A DNA stretch of 63,432 nt, filler included. It is 6 parts of 6 records of this genome, joined end to end, with 100 filler letters (N's around TTAATTAATTAA, not from the genome) between each part and the next. Parts side by side here need not be neighbours in the genome. Positions count along the whole stretch, not along the records: positions 18,831 to 26,430 come from SRR2962707_1888; positions 26,531 to 34,876 come from SRR2962707_1890; 4 more parts are not named here. One strand, written 5' to 3'. Made by a program: the position numbers and the translations under genes. The notes under the pieces were generated by a model. The model saw only the letters and a program-made list of their open reading frames with translations. It had not been told where the DNA came from and made no database searches. Shown one piece after another: positions 19,332 to 30,200 of this stretch; position 1 is the first letter of the stretch, and the number at the start of each line of letters is the position of its first letter.

Positions 19332-20422
19332 CCCTTTTCCAGCTTCTCGCGAATATCCTGCATGATCGCTTCGATCATGTCGGTCGACGTGCCTTTGCCG
19401 CTGATGCGGATAAGAAACCCCTTGTCGTCCAGCTCGCGCTTGAGAGTCACGCCCGTCGCTGTAACAAGCGTGTCTTTGCTCTTCCAACCCGGCGCTGGCG
19501 GCACTGTTTTAGGGCGCCCGCCGCGATTGGTATCGGGTGCGTCGCCCTGATATTCCGACAGCACTTTTTCGATCAACGCCCATTCGCTTTTGGCGTCACC
19601 GCCCTGCCCTGCCCCCAGCACGTCACGCAGGCGTGCCTCGGCACCGGCGCGCAGTCCTGTCGCCAACCGCAATCCGTCTTTCTCGCGCATGTTCTCTGGA
19701 AACTCCAGCATATCGCCCAGCTCCTCAAAGATCATCGCAAAGGACCGGATCTTGCTCCGCTTGGCCTTTGACGCTGCCGCGAACATCTGCGCAACGGCAT
19801 CCTCGGTCGACGAGAACGCGCCTTGCTGGGCGGCGATTGCTGCAATCCGTCCACGCTCGTAATGGCTAAGATCCTGACGAATCTCGTTCTCTTCCACCAT
19901 TGCCACAAACGCGCCGCCCATCTGATTGGGGTCACGCATGACGGCCTTGATCGCCTTGAACCGCGCGTCGCCGGTGCGGGCATAAAGGTTCTGCTGGGCG
20001 ATCAGGCGGCGATAGCCTGACAGCAACCCATATTGCCGGCCTGAGGGCGACGCCTTGAGGCTGTAAACTTCGATCGGCATCCGCAGGCCATTGGCGCTAA
20101 TCGAATGCTCAAGCTCGTCCATCGCTTCCTGGTCCAGCACGGTTCTGTCGCGCTGCATCGACAAGGGTTCAATCGCGTCAATCGGTATCTCGAAAATGAT
20201 CAGCCCGGCGGCATCCGCATCGCGGAACCTTTGCGCCTCGGCGCTATCGCGGGCACGGGCGGCGCGTTCTTCGGTTGTGCCAACCTCGTAAGCATCCGCC
20301 GTATCTGCGGCGACCTGCGCAATGGGCGCGGCAGCGCGGGCAGGGGTTTCGCGGCGAAACTCCTCTTCGATGCGGCTCATATCATCCGCAGATGGGGCTT
20401 CCAGTTTCCTACGCTTCGCCAT
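19328..20422 (-). CDS. parB: ParB-family plasmid partition protein
   Basis: SISANGLRMPIEV, YGLLSGYRRL, MVEENEIRQDLS. Overlaps the parA stop. Confidence 0.9.
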   Translation of the reverse strand: MAKRRKLEAPSADDMSRIEEEFRRETPARAAAPIAQVAADTADAYEVGTTEERAARARDSAEAQRFRDADAAGLIIFEIPIDAIEPLSMQRDRTVLDQEAMDELEHSISANGLRMPIEVYSLKASPSGRQYGLLSGYRRLIAQQNLYARTGDARFKAIKAVMRDPNQMGGAFVAMVEENEIRQDLSHYERGRIAAIAAQQGAFSSTEDAVAQMFAAASKAKRSKIRSFAMIFEELGDMLEFPENMREKDGLRLATGLRAGAEARLRDVLGAGQGGDAKSEWALIEKVLSEYQGDAPDTNRGGRPKTVPPAPGWKSKDTLVTATGVTLKRELDDKGFLIRISGKGTSTDMIEAIMQDIREKLEKG

Positions 20423-21809
20423 TGTTTGCACCCTCTTGTTTCAGCGCCTGCAAATCACGCCACCACGTGCCCAGCACGACCTCTTTGACCTCGGCCCAAG
20501 TACGGTCGAATGTCTCGCGACCCCGCACATATGTATCACGGTTAAATTCGCGATAGTCGGCCTCGTAAATGCCATTCACCTGCTCACCGGCCTGACCAAC
20601 CATGGCTGTGACCTCTTGGCGGTAGGTTGTCATAAAGTCACCAAAATAGGCCTGAATGACATTCGCCAGATCGGTTTGCTGGCCTGCGTCAAAACGGGTG
20701 ATCAGTGCGCGCACCGCGTCCCATTCGAACTTCATCTCCGACAGTCCTTCTTGGCGGCGAATACGATTTTCGCCTTCCTCGATGCTGGCAAAAGTCGAAT
20801 AGAGCATGTCGAAAAACCGGCCGGTGGAATCAAACTCAAGGAATGACGCACCAAGTGGGACCAACAGAATATCGGCAGCGGCCAAGGCGTTAATGGTCAG
20901 ATATCCTAGGGCAGGGGGCGTATCTATGAAGATCAGGTCATAGTCATCCAACGCCCCTTCGGAAGATAGCGCATTGGTGAGCGCGTCCCACAGGGGCCAT
21001 GATTTCACCTGCATACGCCAGACCGGTACCTGAAACTCGGCCCAATACAGGTTCAGCTGCGCGCCGATCAGATCAATATTCGGCCAATGCGTCGACTGGA
21101 TGAGGTTTCGCGGCGAAACCTTGAGGCTTTCAGTTAGCGTTTCGTCCAAAGGAAGCTCAGGCGCACCGCGGGCTTGGCGGACAGCGTTTTCGGCTTGCAG
21201 ATGGCGGGCGAAATCCTTGGCCAGCAATGGGAAAGCCGTTGACCATTCATCCGGCACATCGCCGCCCATGATCGACGTCAACGACCCCTGACTGTCGAGA
21301 TCAATAACCAATACCCGATAGCCGTCGAGCGCCGCAGACATCGCCAGATGCGCACAAGTAGAGGTTTTGCCGACCCCGCCTTTAAAGTTCGCGACGGAGA
21401 TGATTTTGGCGGGCAACCCTTCGGGCCGCCAAGACTTATACTGCTTGTTCGACGCGCCCTCGGTCGCGAAATGCTCACGGAGCTGCAAGACTTCTTCGAG
21501 GGTGAACCACTTTGATCCTGCTTCACCGCTGCCTTGGGGAAGGTCAGGATGGGCCTTCAAGACCCGGCGTAAGTGGGCAGGGGCCACATCCAACAGATAG
21601 CGGCATATCTCCCATGTTGAGAACTTGCGCAGCCGTTTTTTGCCATCTGGGGCATACCCACGACGGGCCAAATCATCCCGACCTTTGCTGGCGAATGCAG
21701 CGGCTTTCGCGAATCGCGCGGTATCGATAGGGTCAGAAAGACGGGCAGCTGCCGCTTCTGGATCGATATTGAAATACGAAGGTGTCGGTGCTTTGGGGGT
21801 TGATGACAT
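20409..21809 (-). CDS. parA: ParA-family plasmid partition ATPase with N-terminal HTH extension
   Basis: VANFKGGVGKT, VIDLDSQGS, FIDTPPALG. GAGGAT RBS before the ATG at 21809. Confidence 0.92.
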   Translation of the reverse strand: MSSTPKAPTPSYFNIDPEAAAARLSDPIDTARFAKAAAFASKGRDDLARRGYAPDGKKRLRKFSTWEICRYLLDVAPAHLRRVLKAHPDLPQGSGEAGSKWFTLEEVLQLREHFATEGASNKQYKSWRPEGLPAKIISVANFKGGVGKTSTCAHLAMSAALDGYRVLVIDLDSQGSLTSIMGGDVPDEWSTAFPLLAKDFARHLQAENAVRQARGAPELPLDETLTESLKVSPRNLIQSTHWPNIDLIGAQLNLYWAEFQVPVWRMQVKSWPLWDALTNALSSEGALDDYDLIFIDTPPALGYLTINALAAADILLVPLGASFLEFDSTGRFFDMLYSTFASIEEGENRIRRQEGLSEMKFEWDAVRALITRFDAGQQTDLANVIQAYFGDFMTTYRQEVTAMVGQAGEQVNGIYEADYREFNRDTYVRGRETFDRTWAEVKEVVLGTWWRDLQALKQEGANNGEA

Positions 21810-21927
21810 ATATCCTCGGCCATGTATGCGAAACAAGTGAGTATCCCCTTATCTATCGCACATCATATGCCTTATGTGAATCTGAATCCGACTATTTCTG
21901 GAAAACCTAAGTAACTATATCAGAAGA

Positions 21928-21943
21928 ACACCACATATAGTGT
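21928..21943. promoter_or_regulatory. NrdR-box-like 16-mer
   Basis: ACACCACATATAGTGT matches the NrdR consensus acaCwAtATaTwGtgt at 14 of 16 positions. Confidence 0.45.
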
Positions 21944-22014
21944 AAGAGTCTTTAGTCTCTTTAAGATGTTTGCAACGAATAATATAAAATAAATCAGGTG
22001 GTTAGATTGATCTC

Positions 22015-22124
22015 GGTGCCTGAATACGGGACAAAAGGTACCTTTTAACAGGGCCAAGGGTGCCCGAATACGGGGGAATAGGCGCCGATTCGCAGGAAGA
22101 CGGGCGCCGATCTGCGGTAGCTTG
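22015..22124 (+). repeat. Five degenerate 22-bp direct repeats (iterons), predicted replication origin
   Basis: GGYRCC cores at 22015, 22037, 22059, 22081 and 22103 (exact 22-bp period). Inverted copy at 22183-22201. Adjacent AT-rich tract at about 21880-22000. Confidence 0.8.
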
Positions 22125-22337
22125 GGGATTAGGCTCTAATTTGTGCTGATTAGGGTCTGTTCGCAAATTCCGCATTTTGAGCTGTCCCGTAAATTGGCAC
22201 CTTTGATGGGGCTTACACCCGACTAAGGCGGGATCACTAAAGGCACCCATAGCCGTATTGCCTTGAGGTGCCTTTTAACGCAAACTGACCATGAGGCAAC
22301 AGATCGGACCCGAATCCGACAGCCAAAGGGCAGGGCG

Positions 22338-23519
22338 ATGAAACGACAGGATATTGATATTCCCAAAGACAGGCTGACCGGCGCGCTGCGACGCGGGTCC
22401 GTGAAAAAGCACGTGGCGGCGATCCACGTCTCGGGCAAGCTGACACTGCTGCAACGCAAGCTCAGCAATGTTTTGCTGCTGAACGCCTATGACACGCTGA
22501 CCAGCCAGCAGGTTCATATGATCGACGCCCGCACTTTGTGTCTGATGATCGGCTATAATTCGAATGACATGGACACGCTGAAACAATCCCTGCGCGGGTT
22601 GGCCGAGACCGTGGCGGAATGGGATATGCTAGACGAAAAGGGCCAGCAGGAATGGGGCGTGTCAAGCTTGCTGAGCTATGCAAAGCTCAAGGGCGGGGTC
22701 TGCGAATACGCATATTCCCCTGCATTAGCGTCGAAACTGAATGACCCCAAAGTTTTCGCCCTGATCAATTTGAACATCCAACGGCGGTTTACCAGCGGGC
22801 ACGCCTTGGCGCTTTACGAGAATTGCTATCGCTTTGTGCGGACCGGCAGCACCGGGTGGTGGTCTCTTGATCTGTTTCGCAGGCTGATGGGCGTCGAAGA
22901 CAGTGCCTATTACGCGGTTTATAAGCAGCTGAACGCCAAGATCATCAAACCGGCCGTGGCCGAGGTAAACAAAACGTCGAACATCGTTGTGGTGCCGGAA
23001 ATTCGCAAACGGGGGCGCGTCGTCACGGATATCAGGTTCAAGATTTCCGAGAACCCGCAATTGGCCATTCTGGATCTGGATGATGGCGAAGGTGTGCGTA
23101 AGTCGGATGTGTACAGCCGGCTTCAGGCGTTGGGGGTGAGCGACCGCTTGGCGCGCCAATGGATCGCGCATCATGGCGAGGACCATGTCGGCGAGAAAAT
23201 AACCTATGTGGCAGGGCAGGGGGGCGTGCAAAACCCTGTCGGGTATCTGGCCGCAGCCCTGCGCGACGATTTCACCACTGAGCCCACCGCCACGAAACCG
23301 ACCAGCGCCCGCGCGAAACTGTTGGAACGGGTGCGCGATCTGGTGGCCGCCCGCACCCCCACGCAGCGCGATGCGGACCGGCGGTTGTTTATGTCGATGA
23401 TCGATAGCGCAGATGCGCGCGCCGACTTTGAACGCCACGGCTGGATGTCTGCCCTAAACACCGCCGCCATCAAAGCGTTTTGGCAAGACCTGCAACCAGA
23501 TGCATTTGATGATATTTAG
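22338..23519 (+). CDS. Plasmid/chromid replication initiator, Rep_3 family (Rhodobacterales RepB-type)
   Basis: KLTLLQRKLSNVLLLNAY, SGHALALYE, YKQLNAKIIKPAVAEVN, GRVVTDIRF winged-helix pattern. Divergent from parAB. Confidence 0.85.
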   Translation: MKRQDIDIPKDRLTGALRRGSVKKHVAAIHVSGKLTLLQRKLSNVLLLNAYDTLTSQQVHMIDARTLCLMIGYNSNDMDTLKQSLRGLAETVAEWDMLDEKGQQEWGVSSLLSYAKLKGGVCEYAYSPALASKLNDPKVFALINLNIQRRFTSGHALALYENCYRFVRTGSTGWWSLDLFRRLMGVEDSAYYAVYKQLNAKIIKPAVAEVNKTSNIVVVPEIRKRGRVVTDIRFKISENPQLAILDLDDGEGVRKSDVYSRLQALGVSDRLARQWIAHHGEDHVGEKITYVAGQGGVQNPVGYLAAALRDDFTTEPTATKPTSARAKLLERVRDLVAARTPTQRDADRRLFMSMIDSADARADFERHGWMSALNTAAIKAFWQDLQPDAFDDI

Positions 23520-23561
23520 CTTTGATCATCTGTTCCAAAATAGGTATGAGCATTTTACAGC

Positions 23562-23638
23562 GGTCCCGTAGCTCAACTGGATAGAGCACCTGACTTCTAA
23601 TCAGGGGGTTGGGGGTTCGAGTCCTCCCGGGATCGCCA
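23562..23638 (+). tRNA. tRNA-Arg(TCT)
   Basis: Full cloverleaf: acceptor GGTCCCG/CGGGATC, D-arm GCTC/GAGC, anticodon arm CCTGA-CTTCTAA-TCAGG, TTCGAG loop, encoded CCA. Confidence 0.96.
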
Positions 23639-23732
23639 CTTCAAAACTTATCTGAACACATCGTTTGACCAGTCGGATGTAACCAAGCGTCAAGACTTCA
23701 GTTGCCGGTATACCCACTCTGGATGCCACCCA

Positions 23733-23761
23733 TTTTCATAAAGCTTTCACAAAACTGTCGA
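23733..23761 (+). promoter_or_regulatory. Pho box (PhoB site) upstream of phoD
   Basis: TTTTCAT-AAAG-CTTTCAC-AAAA-CTGTCGA: three CTGTCAT-like heptamers at an 11-bp period. Confidence 0.75.
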
Positions 23762-23821
23762 TGGAGTGAAATCCTGATTTGGAATGACGCTGTTATCAGC
23801 AACATTCAGGAGGCGCAGTTT

Positions 23822-25357
23822 ATGCCACGTATTTCCTTCACCCGCCGTCAGGCTCTCATGAGCTCCGCGGCTCTTGGCGCGTCACTGGCGATGCCGTCCC
23901 TTTCGCGTGCGCAATCGCGCCCCTTAATTACCCATGGCGTGATGTCCGGCGACGTCGCCCATGACGGCGCAATGATCTGGAGCCGCGCGGACCGCGAGGC
24001 GAAGATGCTCGTGGAATGGGCAACGACCGAGAGCATGGAAAATGCGCAGGCTGTCCCCGCTTTGGCCGTTGGTACGCCAACGGATTACACAGGCAAGATG
24101 GCGTTGACTGGCCTGCCCAGCGATCAAGATATCTTTTACCGGGTGACGATGACCGATCTGGCAGATGGCACCATGTCCGAGCCCACATTGGGCAAATTCC
24201 GCACCGCCCCGATGGGCAATCGCGATGTCAGTTTTGTCTGGTCGGGTGACACCGCCGGTCAGGGTTGGGGCATCGACGAGGATCGCGGCGGTATGACTAC
24301 TTATGCCACGATGCTGGGCCACACCCCCGACTTTTTCCTGCATTCAGGCGATACTGTCTATGCCGACGGCCCGCTGAAGGAAGAGGTGGAACTGGACGAC
24401 GGGACCATCTGGAAGAACATCGTCACGCCTGCCAAAAGCAAGGTTGCCGAAACCCTTGATGAATTCCGGGGCCAACATCTGTACAACTACATGGACCGCA
24501 ATGTTCAGGCGTTCAACGCGGCGGTGCCGATCATCGCGCAGTGGGATGACCACGAGGTTACGAACAATTGGTACCCCAACGAAGTGCTTGCCAGCGATGA
24601 CCGCTATGTTGTCAAATCAATGCAAACGCTTTCGGCACGCGCCGCCCATGCGTTTCACGAGATGATGCCAACGCGGCAAAATCTGGCAGAACCGAAGCGG
24701 GTCTATCGCAAGGTTTCTTATGGTCCGCTGTTGGATATCTTTGTAATCGACATGCGCACCTACCGTGGTGACAACACCGCCAACACCGAAACAGAGGCCA
24801 CGCCGTTTCTGGGTGCAGAGCAAATGGCTTGGCTCAAGCGCGAAATGGTGAACTCCACTGCTACGTGGAAGGTTATCGCGTCTGACATGCCGATCGGGAT
24901 GATGGTGCGCGACGGCGACACGAACATGGAGAACGGGGCGAATGGTGACGGTCCGGTGCTGGGTCGCGAGCAGGATATTGCGGCGGTGCTTTCCTTCATC
25001 AAGGCTGCAGAAATCGCGAACACGGTCTGGCTGACGGCAGATGTCCATTACACCGCGGCGCATCACTACTCACCAGATCGGGCGGTCTTTCAGGAGTTCG
25101 AACCGTTCTGGGAATTCGTGTCAGGCCCGTTGCATGCCGGTACCTTCGGCCCGTCCAGCTATGACAACACCTTTGGCCCCGAGGTGCGGTTCGCCAAGCA
25201 CCCCGAAGAGGGCAAGGCAAACCTGCCCCCCAGCGATGGTCTGCAGTTTTTCGGCAAGGTCGACATTGCAGCCGACACTGCCGTGATGACTGTGCGGTTG
25301 ATGGATAGCGCAGATGTCGAACTGTGGTCGGTCGAGCTTGAACCGAAAGCAGTCTGA
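23822..25357 (+). CDS. phoD: Alkaline phosphatase D family, Tat-exported
   Basis: TRRQAL twin-arginine signal, HSGDTVYAD, WDDHEVTNNW, DMRTYR, TADVHY. CAGGAGG RBS. Confidence 0.93.
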   Translation: MPRISFTRRQALMSSAALGASLAMPSLSRAQSRPLITHGVMSGDVAHDGAMIWSRADREAKMLVEWATTESMENAQAVPALAVGTPTDYTGKMALTGLPSDQDIFYRVTMTDLADGTMSEPTLGKFRTAPMGNRDVSFVWSGDTAGQGWGIDEDRGGMTTYATMLGHTPDFFLHSGDTVYADGPLKEEVELDDGTIWKNIVTPAKSKVAETLDEFRGQHLYNYMDRNVQAFNAAVPIIAQWDDHEVTNNWYPNEVLASDDRYVVKSMQTLSARAAHAFHEMMPTRQNLAEPKRVYRKVSYGPLLDIFVIDMRTYRGDNTANTETEATPFLGAEQMAWLKREMVNSTATWKVIASDMPIGMMVRDGDTNMENGANGDGPVLGREQDIAAVLSFIKAAEIANTVWLTADVHYTAAHHYSPDRAVFQEFEPFWEFVSGPLHAGTFGPSSYDNTFGPEVRFAKHPEEGKANLPPSDGLQFFGKVDIAADTAVMTVRLMDSADVELWSVELEPKAV

Positions 25358-25370
25358 ACGATCAAACAAC

Positions 25371-25401
25371 GGGGGCGGCTATCACAGGCCGCCCCCATTT
25401 T
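25371..25401 (+). terminator. Intrinsic terminator hairpin between convergent phoD and TRAP genes
   Basis: GGGGGCGGC...GCCGCCCCC stem followed by ATTTT. Confidence 0.7.
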
Positions 25402-25427
25402 GATCCCGGAACCCGGATCAATTTCGA

Positions 25428-26430
25428 TCAAATAAACACACCCGAAAATACAACGGCTAGCCCGGCACCGACCATAAGCACAGTTGGCACAATGGTGCGT
25501 GCGCCGATCAGCCCGTATGAGACAAGCGTTAACCCGACTGCTACTCGTAGCTTCGCAATGATCGCGGCAATCGGTGTTTCGGCCAGTCGCAGCATGTCGG
25601 GGTTCGCGATCATCCCCAAGGGGATGATATACAGACCAACGCCAAGCGCCATTGCCGTCATCGCCACCTTGAGCCAGTTTTCACCAATCATGCCCGCCGC
25701 GATAAAGACAGCACCGCAGACCGGCGGCGTGATCGTGGACAGGAGCGCAAACCAGAACACAAACAGATGGGCCTGCAAAGGTTCTAACCCCAATTGCGTC
25801 AGCGCCGGACCTGCGACTGAGACACAGATGACATAGGCGGCTGTCGTGGGGACCTCCATGCCAAGGATCAGGCAGGCAAGTGCGGTCAGCAACAGCGAAG
25901 GCCAAAGCAACCCGCCCGACCCTTCGAGGATCAGCGATGTGATTTTCACCCCCAGACCTGTGATCGACAGGACCCCGATAATGATAGACGCACACAGGAT
26001 AATGGCCGCGATCATCGACACTTGCTTGGCCGCGTTCAGCACTGCGCCAGTGAAGCGGTCAATAATCTGGGCGCGGTCGCTTTTCAGGTCGGCGTTGATG
26101 AACAGCAGCAATGCACCCGCAAGAATGGCCAGCGCGGCAGAATATTCAGGCGTGAATTTTGCGGCAAACATCGCCCATAGCAGCACCGAAAACGGCACAA
26201 GAAAGAACAGCGAGGTGATGATCACATCGCGCCGGGCAGGGCGGTCGGCAACATCCACACCTTTCAGGTCAAACCGCCGCGCGTAGGCGTTGATGCCAAC
26301 CCAAACGGCAAGGAAATACAAAAAGGCAGGCAGGATCGCCGCAGCCATGATTGAGGTGTAGGGCACGCCCGTCAGCTCAACCATCACAAAGGCCCCCGCA
26401 CCCATCAGCGGCGGCATGATCTGCCCGCCT
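25428..26430 (-). CDS. TRAP fused permease (C-terminal part, 5' truncated)
   Basis: GGQIMPPLMGAGAF, GMEVPTTAAY, STITPPVC. Confidence 0.88.
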
Positions 26431-26530
26431 NNNNNNNNNNNNNNNNNNNNNNNNNNNNNNNNNNNNNNNNNNNNTTAATTAATTAANNNNNNNNNNNNNN
26501 NNNNNNNNNNNNNNNNNNNNNNNNNNNNNN
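26431..26530. other. Artificial contig spacer
   Basis: N-run with TTAATTAATTAA. Confidence 0.99.
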
Positions 26531-26570
26531 GTCGTTGTTGTCGTCGTCGTTGTTGTTGTTCGGCTGCGCT
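26531..26570. repeat. (GTC/GTT)n trinucleotide microsatellite at contig edge
   Basis: gtcgttgttgtcgtcgtcgttgttgttgtt. Confidence 0.7.
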
Positions 26571-27265
26571 CTTTCTCTGTTAGTTGCCGCGTGAACGGAC
26601 AACAACTGGGCATTTTACTGCATTGACACCAACGTCAGCCTTCCAAGATTGGACGTAAAGTATGCATGCTTTTGGACTGTGTCGTTGTTACTACTACTTA
26701 CTAGTTTGTTGTCGATGCTTTTACGAGCTGTTCGGTGCGGTGTGGTCAATGAAGGAAGCGGGGCGGCAATGCTGGACTCCTCAGTTGAAGCAGTGACACC
26801 AACTTACTGGGCCGTAGAGGCTACAATATCTTCAGCACACAACTATGCACTCAGGGACTGAACGCACACAGAGCCCAGCACTACCACACTGATTGAATGG
26901 TCTTTTCTCTTGCGGATCACGAAGGTAGAATCAAGCGCTCTCAACTTATTGATACTGGATAATCCGCCAAGCGAGCTCATTTTCGGACGACACGACGCTG
27001 CCGTTGGTGCGATTGGGGACACTTCCACATGAAAAGTGGTTGTCGACAAACAAGCGCTTCGGCTTCTGTTCCGTCGTTCGACCGTGTGTGACATTCCAGC
27101 TCTTTCACAAACAGGCGCATCTACGCCGGAGCGCTCGCCATCGAACGGATCGCGCGGTCCAATCGTGACCCACAGATTTTGGTTTGCACCGACGAGATTT
27201 TTTTTGTTTTTGTTTTTATTCGTTTCGAGTGTCGAGCATCAGGCGCGCGTGCCGAGGACGTCACG

Positions 27266-30200
27266 ATGCCCTTCACGCTTTTTTCAGCAGGATTGCTCGT
27301 GACTGTAGCTGCTTTGGGAACTAGCCCAGGAGCAGCGACAGCTGTATCCGGTGCGACCCCTTATTTAAGCACTCAAACTTCCAGTCGGCGACGTGGAGGC
27401 TACAGCAAAGTTACCAAGGCGGCGAGCCCACAGGCTCATCCCTTCTGGACCAGAGTGTCAAGAGAAACACTCTACGATGACAAACGTCGTGTTTGGGACT
27501 TTTTTCGTGACATGGACCAGGATTCGGTAACCTACAAACATGAAAACATTTTTGGCAACATGGATATCGACGGTGACAACAAGCTTTTGTGGAAGGAGTT
27601 TCGCTTTGCTTTTAGTTTTCAAGAAAACCCTGACGAGGCCGCGAAAGAAATGTGGCTGAAAGACGACAAAGATGGCGACGGTGTGATCACGTTTGCAGAG
27701 TTTGACGGCTTCAAAGGCATTGGGGACAGCAGCAACTCAATTGAGTTCCCAGAATTTGTGTCGTTTTTTCGCCGCAACAGGTGCGTGGGACAACTGTCTC
27801 GTCGAACGTGTTGGTTGGTGCTGTGCAGCACACTGCCCATTGTTGTCGGCGCCTGGTTGTTGATCGCTTGCTATCACATTGTAGGCGCCGATTCTTGGAC
27901 GAGCTTGGCCCACAGTTTGAGTCAACGTTGACCAATTCTGGAATCGAGGCGTTGTGGGAAGCACATCCAAAAGCTGATGATGGCCAAAGCATCAGCTGGG
28001 GCCTATTTCAAGGCCCGAAGGGCAAGCGACCTCGCTTTGTCGGCCAGTCTCAATCGATGACGAGGGACGAAATGTTGGCGCAGCGTGAAACGCTGCGCGC
28101 GGAGGAACTCGCAGGGATTAATCAAAACATCTTTGGAAAATTTGACTCCAACGGCGACACATTTTTGACACTCGAGGAGTACACATTGTCGTTGTCGGAG
28201 CGGCGCAAACCAAGTAATATTGGCTTCCTTTTCAGCTTGGAGGACGAGGACCAGGATGGCCTGATATCGTTCGTGCCGTAACACTCACAGATTTTGAGTG
28301 CATTACATGGTCATGTGTGTTAGGTCCAGGAATTTCGAGCGTTCTGAATTTTATTCTGACAATTAGGTACGAGGAGTTCAACGGCCCGAAGCTATTCTAC
28401 ACCGAACAACAGTTGCGGGCACGCCACCGATTCGAAGACTTGCTCACTCCGAAAATGCTAACACCAAACGAAACTCGAGCGGCGATCATCACGGACTTCA
28501 CCGGTAAGATGGAAGCTTGGGCAGATGAGCGCTTCGTCGATCAGCGTCTTGAAAAATTGGGAGAAAGCGGGCTCGTTACCCGTGAGGCAGCTCAGGAGGC
28601 ACTCGAGCTTCTCCTATCTGACGCATTTCCAGTCCCCCGCCACTGGGAGATGCTCGAAATCGTTAAACCCAAGGGCAGCCGAACAATTGATGGCGAAGAC
28701 ACAGGAGCAATGGTTCAAATCATGCTGTCGATGGTTCGCTACCTAGCCGTCCGCTACGAGACAACCCAGATTCATGAAATCCGCGAAATCATGATTGAAC
28801 TGCTCGACCGTGGTCTTTCCGCATCAGATATGAGTCCGTGGGTCCAAGATGTGCTTCCATTGGTGCTGGAGCTCCCAAAGGCTTTTCATACAGATTTTAT
28901 TATGAACGCCGCGCTTATTCGTCAAACCAAGATTGTGAAGCCTTTTTATGTTGACAAGGCCAAAAATATTGGTGTCTCGACTCTCATGCATGTCACGGAA
29001 GAAATATCCAATGTTGTAACGAAGCATTTCTTCCAGATTGGCGATCAAATGAGGCTTGCAAATAGCACCTTCCAAGAGGCGTATAAAGCAATGGCGCAGC
29101 ATTCTGGAAACCGTGGCATTGAATGGCGTGGTGATTGGTTTGAAGTTGAGTACAAAGGCCTCTATGCCGCCTCTGAAACATTTCGTTCAGTCGTGAAACA
29201 ATGGAACAGCCCGAGTGGCCCTGAGACATTTATACACCGCTCCACCGGGGTAGAAGTTGGAGAGGACGTCTTCATGTCATACACTGACGTTTTCGACGGC
29301 TTTCCGGGTCTTGATTTTGGAGAAGAAATAGCAATTCAGCTCCCGAACCACGGGTGGAATATTTTCCACATTGCGGCACTGCATGGCTGGATGAGGACAC
29401 CCGCGTAAGCATGCCACATCCCCCGATTTGAATTTTGCCAATAAACTTTGCTTGTGAATGAAGCCGAGGGCGAAACTGTTTCATGCACATTATGTAGGTA
29501 CTTGCATCGCAAACTTCAGCAACAGCTAGAAACTCAGCGAAATGACGCACAAGCAACGCAGCGCATTTTGGATCGGCTTGCCTTGTCGCTTGTCCAACAA
29601 GATCATGAAACCCAACGAACACCATTGCATACTGCTGCCCTCATGTATGGAGGAAATTCATCCATTTTTAAAGCGCTTGTCGCGCTTGAGCGGTTTGTTT
29701 TTTCTGAGCCCATTGCTATGAGCTTTGTGCGTTGCCATCGGGATGATTGCCTTAGTACCTCCATATCTTCCTGAATATCTTCACAGGACAGCAACCCGTA
29801 CACCAGGGGCAATTGACGACGCAATGTGCGCCTTGGACATAGACCTTTCTGACAACGGCGATCTAAGGCGCTTTAATGAGGTGCTTGACCTCCACGGAAA
29901 CTCGCCTCTGGACTATTGTGTAGGCACTGCTAACTTTGTTACTGCTGACAATGAATGGCATGCCAAAGACACCAGCCCAGGTTCATACGCTGTGTACGTA
30001 TGCACAAAAGTTAGAGATTTTTTGACTGGAAAACATGGCGGAGTTGGGATTTTATGTCAAAGCAGTGTTTTAATTTCTTTTGCATCGGTGCCGTGATCTG
30101 TGCAGGTACAAGTCATTGAACTTAGGGCGAAGCATTGTGCAGGAACAGCGACTGCGCGACCACCCTCTTCCTGAACTTGAACCGGCCAGTCGATCGGGGG

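Noticed and set aside
22015-22124. CRISPR or mini-array reading of the 22-bp repeats
   Set aside because: The units are contiguous without spacers and lie between parA and rep, which fits iterons.
26571-27200. Possible further eukaryotic gene at the contig start
   Set aside because: Only short ORFs with no recognisable domain, and I could not build a consistent splice model.
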